From assembly GCF_009914755.1 (NCBI RefSeq), contig NC_060947.1: 64,000 bases of DNA, one strand, 5' to 3'. Positions 40,398 to 53,079 of the stretch are shown here, piece after piece. Origin of the DNA: the human T2T-CHM13v2.0 reference genome, Homo sapiens. The first letter of the stretch is position 1. Each line of letters opens with the position of its first letter. Made by a program: the position numbers and the translations under genes. Below the pieces are notes generated by a model. It ran no database searches. It was not told where the DNA came from and saw nothing but the letters and a program-made list of their open reading frames with translations.

Positions 40398-43324
40398 CAT
40401 GAACTTGTTTCTATGGAAGAGAAAGAATACAAGTCTAAACAAAACAGCAGCAAAGTAAAGCAAAGCCTAGCATTTTGTGTGGCATGTTTTATTTTGTGTG
40501 TGTGGCATTTGGTGGTTTCCTATATGACTCTAAGCCAGATTCCCATTGGCTTTCAGACCCTTTAGGCAGGCTTGGTACGCAGTGGGGTCTAGTATGGAAA
40601 GAACAAGGATCCTCGTTCCATTTCAGGGCAGAGTGAAGCTAGGCACCCCATTTCGAAGCCTCAGCGTGTGGTGCAAGTGCTCACTTGAACATGCTGCATG
40701 GTAGTGCCTGAGTCAGAGGTGTCCGCTATGGTGTTGGGAAGACCAGTATCACACCTTTGCAATGGAATATTTTAGTGTGTACAGCAGCATGAAATGCCAT
40801 AATGATAACCCATATTTATTTTTTGAAGATGATGATGCTTTCTCTTGGTTTTACTAACTTCTTACAGAGTTGCATGCTGTGATTTCAATCAACACCATGA
40901 AATCTACACATTTTTGAGAAAGTTATTGTAAAATACTGGACTAATTGTTGGGAAAAGTTGGGAAAATCCTGCTGATTCCACCAAATACTGTTGACCTTTA
41001 GCAAATAGCTGGTTCACTTTAGATTTGAAATCATATCCTGCCAGCATAGCTGAAAGTTTGCTGAAGGAGGCCAATACATTTGGCCAAAGAATCAGAAACC
41101 ACTAGTGTAGCAGAAACAGAATGAAAGGCCTAAGAGTTAATTCCAAATGCTCGGCAACAGCGCTACCAAAGTTGTAGAATGATGGCCAGAGTGTCATGTT
41201 CTTGCTCTGAGGAATGGTTTAATTGAGGTATGAGGCAGAGGCACAATTTTTTCAGGCACAAGGAATTGGGGGTACAATGCTCCGGTTTTTTTTTTTCCTC
41301 TTTCCTTTCACTTATTGGAGGCAGCGTGCCTAGCGAGAGCATGTGTTCTAGTCTGACCCTCTATGCTCTAAGTTTTACAGGGTCACATTCCCACTTAATA
41401 TGCGGGGACTGGGATGGTTTAACATCGCTCTTGATTGGGTGGGAAAATAAATTCTTCTGGGATTTGGATTTATTCTGTCATTGATAAGACACAATAGCAA
41501 TAAAATGTCTATGTAGAAATAACTAGTTCCCACTGAAATCTACTGAGATCCTTAGGTTCCTTTGGGGAAAACGGGTAATTTTTTTGAGTTTCTTCTTCTG
41601 TAAAAGGGTGTGGGAAGAGGGCTTCTCCCTGCATAAGTTTCAGATTTGTTAAACTTTCTTTAGTGGAGATGCTGTGTACATTGTTTACTTCTGGTTGTTG
41701 AAATAGAAAGTAATCATGGGCATACGATTTCCAATGTGAATTTCAAATAATTTTAAAGATGAGTCATAAAAGGAATTTTGTTACTTTCTGGTAACTGGCG
41801 TGATCTAACAACAAGCAAACATTAGCTAAATGAAAAATGCATCCATTCATTTTGCCCAATGGGAATAATTTATTTATACAATAAGCAAAGATACTGCTTT
41901 TCTTGTTTTTAAATTTTGATATTAGGCTGATTTATTTTTTCTTCTTTGGTGTCTAAAAGTCTCAGAAGTTGACTGTAGTATTTATTTCAAAGGTCATTAT
42001 GGTGGTTGTCTAGCCAATTTGGCATCTCTTGTTTCTTGTATATTCCCAGTTGAGTCTATGATGTGAATTTGATTCTATGATGTGAATTTATGACTTATTT
42101 ATATGGTTTTGGACAGTTTTTTTTAACAATGGTAATTCAAACTTATTTTTAACTGTGCATTTTGGTTTTGGAAATTTCCCATCCTGTCTTGACATTTGGA
42201 GATGGATTTTAATAATTTACATGTGTAAACAGTAGAAAATATAACCCATTTGTGACCACCAAGAATAATTCCAGGCACCAAGGAGACATTGGTGGGAATA
42301 TGGAGTCTCCTGTGCACTCTCTTTGCATTTCCACAAGAACACCTATTAGCACAAAACTCCTGGTCACTCTGCTTTGCACTCACTAGCCCCCCAGGTGGAC
42401 AGACTCCTCGTACCTACTGTGAGCTTGGGACAAGCAGTTTGGAGTACATAGCTCTTTCTTCCCTCTTAACCTTCACTTCCGGGATGCAGGCTACCCAGCA
42501 AGAGCATGTGTTCTCATCTGATCCTCTGTGATCTATGTTTTACACGGTCATATCCCCATATAATGTGGGGTGGGTGGGATCACATAGCACTGCCCTTATT
42601 TGGGTGGGGAAATGAAATCTCCTTCTCAGATTTGGTTTTAGCCCATCATTGATAAGCATCCCATGCATATCTTCTAATCTAGCCTTCATCGGCCATAAAG
42701 GTGATAGTTAACCTTTATTGCCGATGAAGGCTAGATTAGAAGATATAGTTTAGATATATAGTTTCTTAGTCATTTCCCCAACTGCTTTGCAGAAGACAAA
42801 GAAGTGTGATTTGAGAAGGCTCAAATACTAAATTCTAGCACTTTATCTGTGAGCCTTGAGGAATAGACATGGATTGGAATTTGAGACCACACCATGAAGA
42901 ATTGAGGGAGGTTTTGAGTAGGGGTTGGGCTCATGGCTTCAGGCCTTGGGATGACCAAGTGGCTTGGCTAGAGTTGAACTTTTTTCCCTTTGGTGGGCCA
43001 CTCCAGTTTTGGTCATACTGATCGTAGACAAATGTTTTCACAGTGACAGGTTACCTTAGGCAGACCTTCCAGAGAAAAAGAAGAAAGAGACTAGCCTGAG
43101 CATGCATGTATGGGATTCAGCAAAGATGCGAGTCTTGGGTTGCAGGAGGAGGCAGCTTCACATTGGATCACACAGGCCTTAAACATACAAATGTCTCCAC
43201 AGCTACTGGGAGGCTTGAAGACTTCTAAGACATCATATATGAAGAAAGGACTTGATTCCAATAAATTATATATATTTTTAATATACTGAATTCTCAGATC
43301 TTACGGGGTGAAAATTGGCAATCT

Positions 43325-43608
43325 TGTTTGTTTGTTTTTATTGAGGCAGGATCTTGCTCTGTTACCCAGGCTGGAGTGCAGTGGCATGATCAAGGCCCAC
43401 TGCAACCTCAACCACCCAGGCTCAAGTGATCCTCCTGCCTCAGCTTCCTGAGTAGCTGGGACTACAGATGCACACCGCCATGCTCAGTGATTTTTTTTTT
43501 TCTTGTACAGATGGAGTTTCCCTATGTTGCCAAGGCTGGTGTCAAGCAATTTTCCCACCTTGACCTCCCAAAATACTGGGATTATAGGTGTGAGCCCCTG
43601 TATCTGGC
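43325..43608 (-). mobile_element. AluJ
   Basis: ctctgttacccaggctggagtgcagtggcatgatc..gctcaagtgatcctcctgcc..gtatctggcc. Confidence 0.92.
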
Positions 43609-43777
43609 CTCTTTTGCCTTTTTTTCTTTAAAAAAATAAGGTGTTTTATAGTCAGGATCTCCTGTCAGGACTTGAAATTGCATTGAGTTCAATTGTGGGA
43701 CTGTCTGTGTTTGGAACCACGTAAATATGTGAACTTTAAGGTTTCCTGAAATTTATTTTTTTGTCTTGATTTCTTAA

Positions 43778-43956
43778 TTTTTTTAATTGATATATGATAA
43801 TTGTACATATTTATGGGGTACGTAGTGATATATATGTTATGTACATATGTATAGTGATCAGATCGGAGTAATTAGCATATCCATCATCTCAAACATTTAT
43901 CATTTTTGTTGCGTTGGGAACATTCAATGTCCTCCTCCTGGCTATTTTTAGAAACT
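43778..43956 (-). mobile_element. L1MA 3' end fragment
   Basis: aattgtacatatttatggggtac..gtaattagcatatccatcatctcaaacatttatcatt..ttgggaacattcaa. Confidence 0.85.
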
Positions 43957-44938
43957 ATTAATAACAAGCGGTCATTAGCAGAAGAATAAAAAATAGCTGA
44001 TCAACTCTACTGCATTTGAAGTTGTTAACTGCAGTTACCCAAGTAAAGTATGGAGGGAAAGTCTCTTGAATTATTTCTTCAGGTTATTAAAAGCCTCTCA
44101 GCACCATATGGACTAAGTTAGTTTTAGGTTTGAATATTATTTCAGCTTATAAAATGTCTCTAGGTGTCAAAACCCAATTGTAGCATGACCTGTGGCAGAG
44201 TGGTAGATTTTAATAAGTGAATGCATGAATTGAAATGAAATGACATGTCATTTCTATAAAATGACTATGTTATCATCTTGATTGAAGGAAATAAGAGAAA
44301 TTAGTCAACTTGGTCATTGCAAACCAGAATAAGGCAAATTAAAGGTCTTTGTCTGAACAGTTCTCTGGGAATCAGATTTGCTCAGGAAACCAGGGAGTAA
44401 CTGGAGAGTTCCAGAATGCATGCTTCTGTGGAAACTCTGGAAAACTCCTCAAAAATACATTCTAGAACACCTTAGACAGGTGGAAGCTGGGTCAGAAAGC
44501 ACAAGAGAATAAAGGAACTCCAGTTCAGCACTTAATAATAGTTCCTTCTTGAAGGAAGATTGATTTCCATGCAAGCTGAGCTTTTAAAAACTCAGCCAAC
44601 TTTTCAGAAAGGACATAGAAAGAGTAGAGGAGAATAAAACATTAGAATCTCATCCCACTAATGGAGAAAAAGGTAAAGCCCAAAGAATTGCTACTCATGG
44701 TTTAGAACATTCAAATGCAGAAAAAAGTCAGTTATGAGTAGAACAAGACAGAGGATGCAGTTGTCCACAGACTGCTAGCAAAATAGCTCAAAAATGATTA
44801 TCACTGGAGCTTATTTAGATTTCTGCTGAGGGTGATTCTCCAGTATGCAGTACAAGAAACCTGAGTCCAGGTTTGGGTGGGCTGAACTCTAAAACTTTTG
44901 GAGCCCACAATATGTAATTATTACAAATTTATTTTTAA

Positions 44939-45235
44939 TTTTTTTTTTTTTTTGAGACGGAGTCTCGCTGTGTCACCCAGGCTGGAATGCAGTGGCAGGA
45001 TCTCGGCTCACTGAAGCCTCCACCTCCTGGATTCAAGTGATTCTGCTGCGTCAGCCTCCCTAGTAACTGGGATTACAGGCATGCGCCACCACTCCCAGCT
45101 AATTTTTGTATTTTTACTAGATACGGGGTTTCACCATGTTGGCCAGCCTGGTTTCTAAGTCCTGATCTCAAGTGATCCACCTGCCTCAACCTCCCAAAGT
45201 GCTAGGATTACAGGCATAAGCCACTGCGCCCGGCC
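44939..45235 (-). mobile_element. AluS (Sx/Sz-like)
   Basis: Full antisense Alu; flanking repeat tattacaaattt. Confidence 0.95.
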
Positions 45236-45524
45236 AGAAAATATTACAAATTTAAATATAGAAAATGAAGTAAGAAAATTGCACAGCTATGTAGACTCGG
45301 AAAAGAAATCACAACAAAATGCAAATTTTAGAAATCTGACAAATATCAGAAACATCAAATATCCAGAAAAAAAGAGACAATAATGTCTTAATTAACTGCT
45401 AAACTTCCTTGTGTAATACTTTTTCATTTTATTGCTTCTTCATATGACAGAATAACATTTATAGTACCACTGTTCATAAAGAGACTTGAACAAAAATTCT
45501 TGCTGCTAGCATTTAATAATTTAT

Positions 45525-45857
<333 letters not shown>

Positions 45858-46163
45858 TTATCTTCAAAAGTCATTATGAGTAAAGTTATTTAAATTTCAG
45901 AGATTGTGTCAAATTTAGGAAAACATGTTGCAAATTTCTTTTTCAACTGTGCTATAAGAGTAGAAGAAACTTCCACAGATTAGGTTCTTGTTTTATCCAT
46001 TTCAAGTCTTGTTTCTTTTGTATTTCAAACCTACTTGCTGGAAACCATAGAACATTTTCATGTAGAGTTGATGCAGCACACTTTCATGTCATGTCCCCAA
46101 GAAAGTCAGCACAGTGGGTGACAAGAGGATTCCTGGAAGCCTCTCCTATTCTAGAATGTTGCT

Positions 46164-46995
46164 GTGGATAGAATAGTGTTCATCCCCCCATATGTTCACC
46201 TGTCCTAGGCCTCAGAACCTGCAAATATGCTAACTTCCACAGCAAAAGGGCCTTTGCAGATGTGATTAGGAATCTTGAAATGGGGAGGCTAGTCTGGATT
46301 ATCCAGGTGGGTCCAATATAATCATAAGGTCCTTATAAGAGGGTCAGAGAAGGAGACATAAGGGTGAAAGATGAGATTGCAATGATATGGGTGCACAAGC
46401 CAAGGAATGCAGGAAGTCACTAGATGGTGAAAAAGGCAAGGAAACAGATTCTCCCCTAGAGCCTCTAGAAGGAAGGTCAGCCTTGATAACCCAATTTGGA
46501 CTTCTGACATCCAGAACTGTAAGATAAGAAATTTGTGTTATTTGGAGTCACTACATTTGTGTTCATTTGTTACAGCAGTGTATTAGTTCGTTCTCATGTT
46601 GCTATAAATAACTACCTGAGACCGGGTAATTTATGAGGAAAAGAGGTTTAATTGGCTCACAGTTCCACAGGTTGTATAGGGAGCGTGACTGGGAGTCCTC
46701 AGGAAACTTTCAATCATGGCAGAAGGTGAAGGGGAAGCCAACATGTCTTACATGGTGGAAGCAGGAAGAGAGAGAGTAAAGGAGAGGTGCTATATACTTT
46801 TAAACAAGCAGATCTCGTGAGAACTCACTCATGAGACAGCACTGGGGGGATGGAGCTAAACCATTAGAAACCACCCCCACAATCCAAATAGCTCCCACCA
46901 GGCCCCACCTCCAACACTGGGGATTACAATTCAACATGAGATTTGGGTGGGGATACAGAGCCAAACCATATCAAGCCTTAATAGGAAACTTATAT
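46164..46995 (+). mobile_element. MLT1C/D-like LTR containing an MSTA insertion
   Basis: gggcctttgcagatgtgatta..ctggattatccaggtgggtccaat..aggcaaggaaacagattctcccctagagcctc..ttgttacagcag / aataggaaacttatata. Confidence 0.85.
46579..46973 (-). mobile_element. MSTA solo LTR
   Basis: tgtattagttcgttctc..tacttttaaacaagcagatctc..caggccccacctccaacactggggattacaattcaacatgag..ccatatca. Confidence 0.9.
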
Positions 46996-47343
46996 AGCTG
47001 ACTAGCATTACCTTAAGTATAGAAAAAATGTTGAGATCCAAGAAAAACGTTCTACTAAATGGAAATTAAATATTATCCCAACTCATTCAACTCTTAACAT
47101 GATTCTCAAAATGTACTTGGATAGTCCTCCCCAACCTAATTTGAAGGGTAATACAATGGGAGAGATTTTGACAGCAAAGACACATAGAGGTCTTAATTGA
47201 TTGCAGTGAAAGTCTCTTACTTTTGTAATTATTGCAGTAATATTGGCCAGGTGAACTGGACCAATTATTAGCGCTCCTGGCCAGGATTCCAGTTAGGCAT
47301 GTGAAGTGATTCACTCAAGTGCAAGGTTCCTGTCCTTACCTAA

Positions 47344-47709
<366 letters not shown>

Positions 47710-48330
47710 TAATGCATTAAAATAATACTTATTCAGGTTACTTTCCTTTTGGGCATGCTCTTAAATTTTGTGCTCAAACAAGTGCCTCCTTTAGTTCAGT
47801 TTTGCCCCAACTATAGAAGTGAAACCAGAGCTTCAGGTTTGCTTAGCTGTACCATAAATCTGCCTGTGCACCAGTTGAAGAAATATGGGAAGAAAGCAGA
47901 ATCTGTCCATAACAGGCAGGTTTTGAGGCCTCGGCATAGTGAGAGGCAACAACAAAAGATTCAACTGGTGGACTCGCCACACAACGCGGGGTCCCATCAC
48001 AATACAGAACCCATCCCAAAGGCAGCCATGTCGTTCCAGAAACACAGGGCTCAGAGGGCAAAGTGAAAATGGAAAGGTAGTGAACGTGTTCACATGGAAG
48101 GGCCTCATACCTGCCTTGACATCTCCATCAATTTGCAAGTTTTAGAAAACAGATCTCCTAAGATATGTACCCTTGAGAGAAAAAGCACATCAAGATTTTG
48201 AATATGATTAGAGATTCTTGCATTTGTACATCAGTGTGTGTTCCTGCACCCATGTTTGGATTCCTGGATCTTATGAAACACCCACTCATACATAGCACAT
48301 GTGGCACATCCTTAAGGGCCAAGTTAAACA

Positions 48331-48499
48331 TTTTTTGTTGTTTGTTTTTTTAGACATTGGTTCTCGCTCTGTCACCCAGGCTGCAGTGCAGTGGTGTGAT
48401 CATAGCTCACTGCAGCTTCGACCTCCCAAGCTCAAAGCATCCTCCTGCCTCAGCCTCCCAAAGCTTTGAGATTACTGGTGTGAGCCACCACCCTCACCC
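48331..48499 (-). mobile_element. FRAM-like free Alu monomer
   Basis: Single monomer: ctctgtcacccaggg..catagctcactgcagc..gcctcccaaagc..gtgagccaccacc. Confidence 0.8.
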
Positions 48500-49059
48500 C
48501 AAATTAAACTCTTGATGCTGTCACTATTAGGCATACTGATCATGGGAAAGAGACAATAGTCTCTCAGCCTCCTTGGGATCTCTGAGGAGGCCAGACATAT
48601 TGTCTCTTCCCTGCCACTTCTCTCTGACATCTCCTTGTCCCTGCTGTGATACAGCATCCGTATCTGATGAGTGGTCACACAGTTGTTGTGGCACGGAGTC
48701 TGAGAAGAAGAGTAATGTGCATGCTGATTACTTTGAAGTAGAAAATTGGGTCTGTTTAGAGTTTTCCTTTCCTCCATTTTTGGATGCAGCCTTTTTCCAA
48801 GAGAGCAGGCATTGTGGACTCCTCTTCCTCACCATCGTATCGGGAGGCGTTCCCCACCCAGAGAAGCTGGAAGCAGAGGTCTCATGGGGGTGGGGGGCTA
48901 TGAGGATGTCCATTTTTCTGCACATTGAATCTGTATCTTTCAATCCCAATTTGCCAGGCACAAATTGTAAATTTTGATTTCCAGCTGCTTGACTTCTCTC
49001 CCTATCTCTCGATTGTTTCCAAATTCAGGTAAGGGAAAGCTGATGTTAATAGGTTCCCT

Positions 49060-50344
49060 TGAGAGGTGACAGCGTGCTGGCAGCCCTCGCTCGCTTTCGG
49101 TGCCTCCTTGGCCTTGGTGCCCACTCTGGCCGCACCTGAGGAGCTCTTCAGCCCACTGCTGCACTGTGGGAGCCCCTTTCTGGGCTGGCCAAGGCCGGAG
49201 CCGGCTCCCTCAGCTTGCGGGGAGGTGTGGAGGGAGAGGCGCCGGCAGAAACCGGGGCTGCACGCAGGGCTTGCAGGCCAGCGCGAGTTCCGGGTGGGCG
49301 TGGGGTCAGCGGGCCCCGCACTCGGAGAGGCTGGCCGGCCCGCAAGCCCCTGGCAGTGAGGGGCTTAGCACCTGGGCCAGCAGCTGCCGTGCTCGATTTC
49401 TCACTGGGCCTTAGCTGCCTCCCCACAGGGCAGGGCTCAGGACCTGCAGCCCGCCATGCCTGGGCCTCCCCCACACCCGCCTCCCCTCCCCCCTCCCCCT
49501 CCCCCATCCCCTCCCCCCTCCCCCATCCCCCTCAGCCATCGGCTCCTGCACAGCTGGAGCCTCCCAAACGACGATGAGCGCTGCTCCCTGCTCCACAACG
49601 CCCAGTCCCATCAACCGCCCAAGGGCTGAGGAGTGTGGGCACAGGGCACGGGACTGGCAGGCAGCTCCACCTGCGGCCCAGTGCCAGATCCACTGGGTGA
49701 AGCCAGCTGGGCTCCTGAGTCTGGTGGGGACTTGGAGAACCTTTATGTCTAGCTAAGGGATTGTAAATACACCAATCAGCACTCTGTATCTAGCTCAAGG
49801 TTTGTAAACACACCAATCAGCACCCTGTGTCTAGCTCAGGGTTTGTGAGTGCACCAGTCCTCACTCTGTATCTAGCTAATCTAGTGGGGACATGGAGAAC
49901 TTTTGTGTCTAGCTCAGGGATTGTAAATGCACCAATCAGCACCCTGTCAAGACAATCGGCTCTCTGTAAAATGGACCAATCAGCAGGATGTAGGTGGGGC
50001 CAGATAAGAGAATAAAAGCAGGCTGCCCTGGTCAGCAGTGGCAACACCCTCAGCTCCCTTTCCACGCTGTGGAAGCTTTGTTCTTTCACTCTTTGCAATA
50101 AATCTTGCTGCTGCTCACTCTTTGGGTCTGCACTGCCTTTATGAGCTGTAACACTCACTGCGAAGGTCTGCAGCTTCACTCCTGAGCCAGCGAGACCACG
50201 AATCTAACAGAAGGAAGAAACTCCGAACACATCTGAACATCAGAAGGAACAAACTCTGGACACGCCACCTTTAAGAATTGTAAGAGGGTGGGCGGCTTCA
50301 TTCTTGAAGTCAGTGAGACCAAGAACCCACCAATTCCGGACACA
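49060..50344 (+). mobile_element. LTR12 (ERV9; LTR12C/E-like) full-length solo LTR
   Basis: tgagaggtgacagcgtgctggcagccctcgc ... aagaacccaccaattccggacaca; 4-bp TSD ccct; GC/CpG-rich U3; ctagctcagggattgtaaa-type repeats. Confidence 0.97.
49740..50040 (+). promoter_or_regulatory. LTR12 U3 enhancer/promoter (NF-Y CCAAT repeats, GATA, TATA-like AATAAAA)
   Basis: accaatcagc at ~49771, 49813, 49931, 49975; tatct GATA sites; aataaaagcaggc at 50011; established ERV9 LTR architecture; activity not shown. Confidence 0.7.
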
Positions 50345-50661
50345 CCCTTAATCTCCAATATTGGAAGGTCAGTGAGTCTTTGTTGAATCCATAAACAGCC
50401 TCATGTTTATGACTGCCCTCCCTTTTATGCATTTGGGTAGTTTCAAGAAAATATGAATCATTTAGCTAAGATTACCATAGAAGAGAAGACTAAGATTACT
50501 CACTAATCTTAAGTATATTTTACATTTGAATTTGATTAACTTTATTTTTTGGTGACTGCCATAAAACCACTTATGCATCCTATCCCTGTTCTTAAGAAAC
50601 ATAATTTTCATTTAAAGCATCCCAGTGTATTTTGTGTGTATGTGTGTGTTGGTAGGAGGAG

Positions 50662-50663
<2 letters not shown>

Positions 50664-50699
<36 letters not shown>
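50664..50699. repeat. (TG)n microsatellite
   Basis: Direct reading. Confidence 0.95.
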
Positions 50700-50703
<4 letters not shown>

Positions 50704-51538
50704 AAGGGCTTTAAGCATGTACTTTAGTTTGATTTGAATTCATCTGTTTTAAATTCAGGGTGAAAAATAAAATCCAAGTTTGACAAAGAAAGAGAACAAA
50801 AAGCATTATAAAAGTCACCAATTTTCAAACACGTCCTTCATTTGGAAACAAACTCTCAACCAACAATGATTCAAGCAGACAGATCTAAATTGATTGGTTT
50901 GGTTTTAGATTCCACCAGATTTTCCAGACTGGGAGCTCTTTGCTCATGAAGCTGCCTGTGTGCTAAGTGGCCAGGATATCAGACACGTTGAAAACCAGAA
51001 ATGCTTTCACACTGTCCAGTTCAATCAGTGTGACAGAGCCATGTTCCATATGTGTAGGTCAATGGTTTTAACCTGGCATCCGTGGCTAAAATTTGAACCG
51101 AAGACCCCAGTGTTTTCCATGAATGCATTTCTAGTTCAGATATATCTTCAAAGTCTCTCTTCTGAGGCATTCCTCGGCCTCTGTCCACTCCCAGCCAGTC
51201 CCCTAACCATTTGTCTGGGTCTTATCTGGCATGTGTGTGTAGTTCTCACTTCAACATCTTTAAGGGCTTCAGCATTTTTAAAAAAACAAGGATTTTTTTT
51301 CTTCAAAACATTCAGAACATTTAAACGGCTGTGAATCATCCAAATAACAATCACAGTTTATTTGAAAAGGTACAATTAAGATATTGAATGTTGTTATAAC
51401 ATTCTTGTGTGTGCTGACTGGTATGTTAAAGACCAAAGAGTGATACTGTATTCATTTTAGCTTAGTGCCTCTTTCTGCCCCAATTCCTTGGCCAGGATTT
51501 GCAGAAATTTTTACTAAGGACACTGTCGGTGTGGCTAG

Positions 51539-52087
<549 letters not shown>

Positions 52088-52864
52088 TAATTTTCACTGT
52101 AGCATTTCCAGCGTTTGTTTCATCATATCGTTCAGAATGTTTCCCTCTTTCTCTGTGATGTATGAGAAGTTGTGCCCCACCTCATATTCTCAAGTACAAC
52201 ACACGATGAGGAATATTAGAACTATAACATCCTTCAGGCTGAAAGATAACTCATTAGTGCTAACCACTGCTGTTATTATTCCTGCTGCCATTTTACTATT
52301 GGGAAAACTGGCAATTAATGTCCTTTCCCAATGTGCATAATCCCTTCTGAGAATGGGTTTTGAGAAAAATGAGAAGGTTTGCGTGGGATGTGGGACGTGG
52401 AATGAAGTGGAAGCCGTTATTTTCCAGAGGCCCAGGCTACTGGAAGCAGCTATTTCAAAGAGCTCTACCCCATCTTCCACGTCATGGTTGTGATGAAACC
52501 CCAAATGCTGCCACACTTTTAGTGATTTTCCTTTCTGGTTTGAACCCAGATTCATCCACATGCTCACAAAGCTCTGACGGTTAACTCAGTCACAGTCAGC
52601 CAAACTGTGGCCTCAAAGCTCATGAACCTTCTCCCTCAGAAAGACAAACAGAAGAGCAAAACCCCTCCCTAAATAGCATTCTTAGTTCTCAAATTCTTTA
52701 GTAACCACCCTCACCCTCAAATGCACAATGGTATACATTTATTTGTTGGTTTACATGTATGCCCTTTGTCTACCTTACTGGACTAAAGTTGCAGAGGTGG
52801 CTGGCAAACTTAGCCCCATTTAGTCTAACAGTGCTGTAAGGAGTAAGTCAGATAGCCCCTGGGA

Positions 52865-53058
52865 CAAGTTGCCTGATAGGATACATGTTAACCCATTGAA
52901 TTTGTATTTCAGAAAAGCAATAAATGTGTTTTTTTTTTTAAGTATAAGCATGTCCCATGCAATATTTGGGATATGCTTAAACTAAAAGTGATTTGTTATT
53001 TATTTGGCATTCAAATTTAACTGGGTAACCTGTCATTTTACTAAGTCAGGCAGCCCTA
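52865..53058. mobile_element. MER53 hAT MITE, near full length (palindromic)
   Basis: tttaagtataagcatgtcccatgcaatatttgggatatgcttaaactaaaa central palindrome; attcaaatttaactggg; ggcagcccta end. Confidence 0.88.
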
Positions 53059-53079
53059 TCCCAGGAGCATTGTGACTGA

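Noticed and set aside
47869-47970. 11-bp inverted repeat caccagttgaa/ttcaactggtg as possible MITE TIRs
   Set aside because: Short, no TSD and no internal pairing seen; plausible by chance in 64 kb
47749-48977. Several 70-134 aa ORFs in non-TE sequence (possible exon or processed pseudogene)
   Set aside because: No similarity to any protein I recognise and no poly(A)/TSD signature; a lncRNA exon cannot be excluded but is unsupported
49066-50358. Cluster of overlapping GC-rich ORFs resembling a CpG-island gene start
   Set aside because: Entirely inside the LTR12; stop-poor because of GC content
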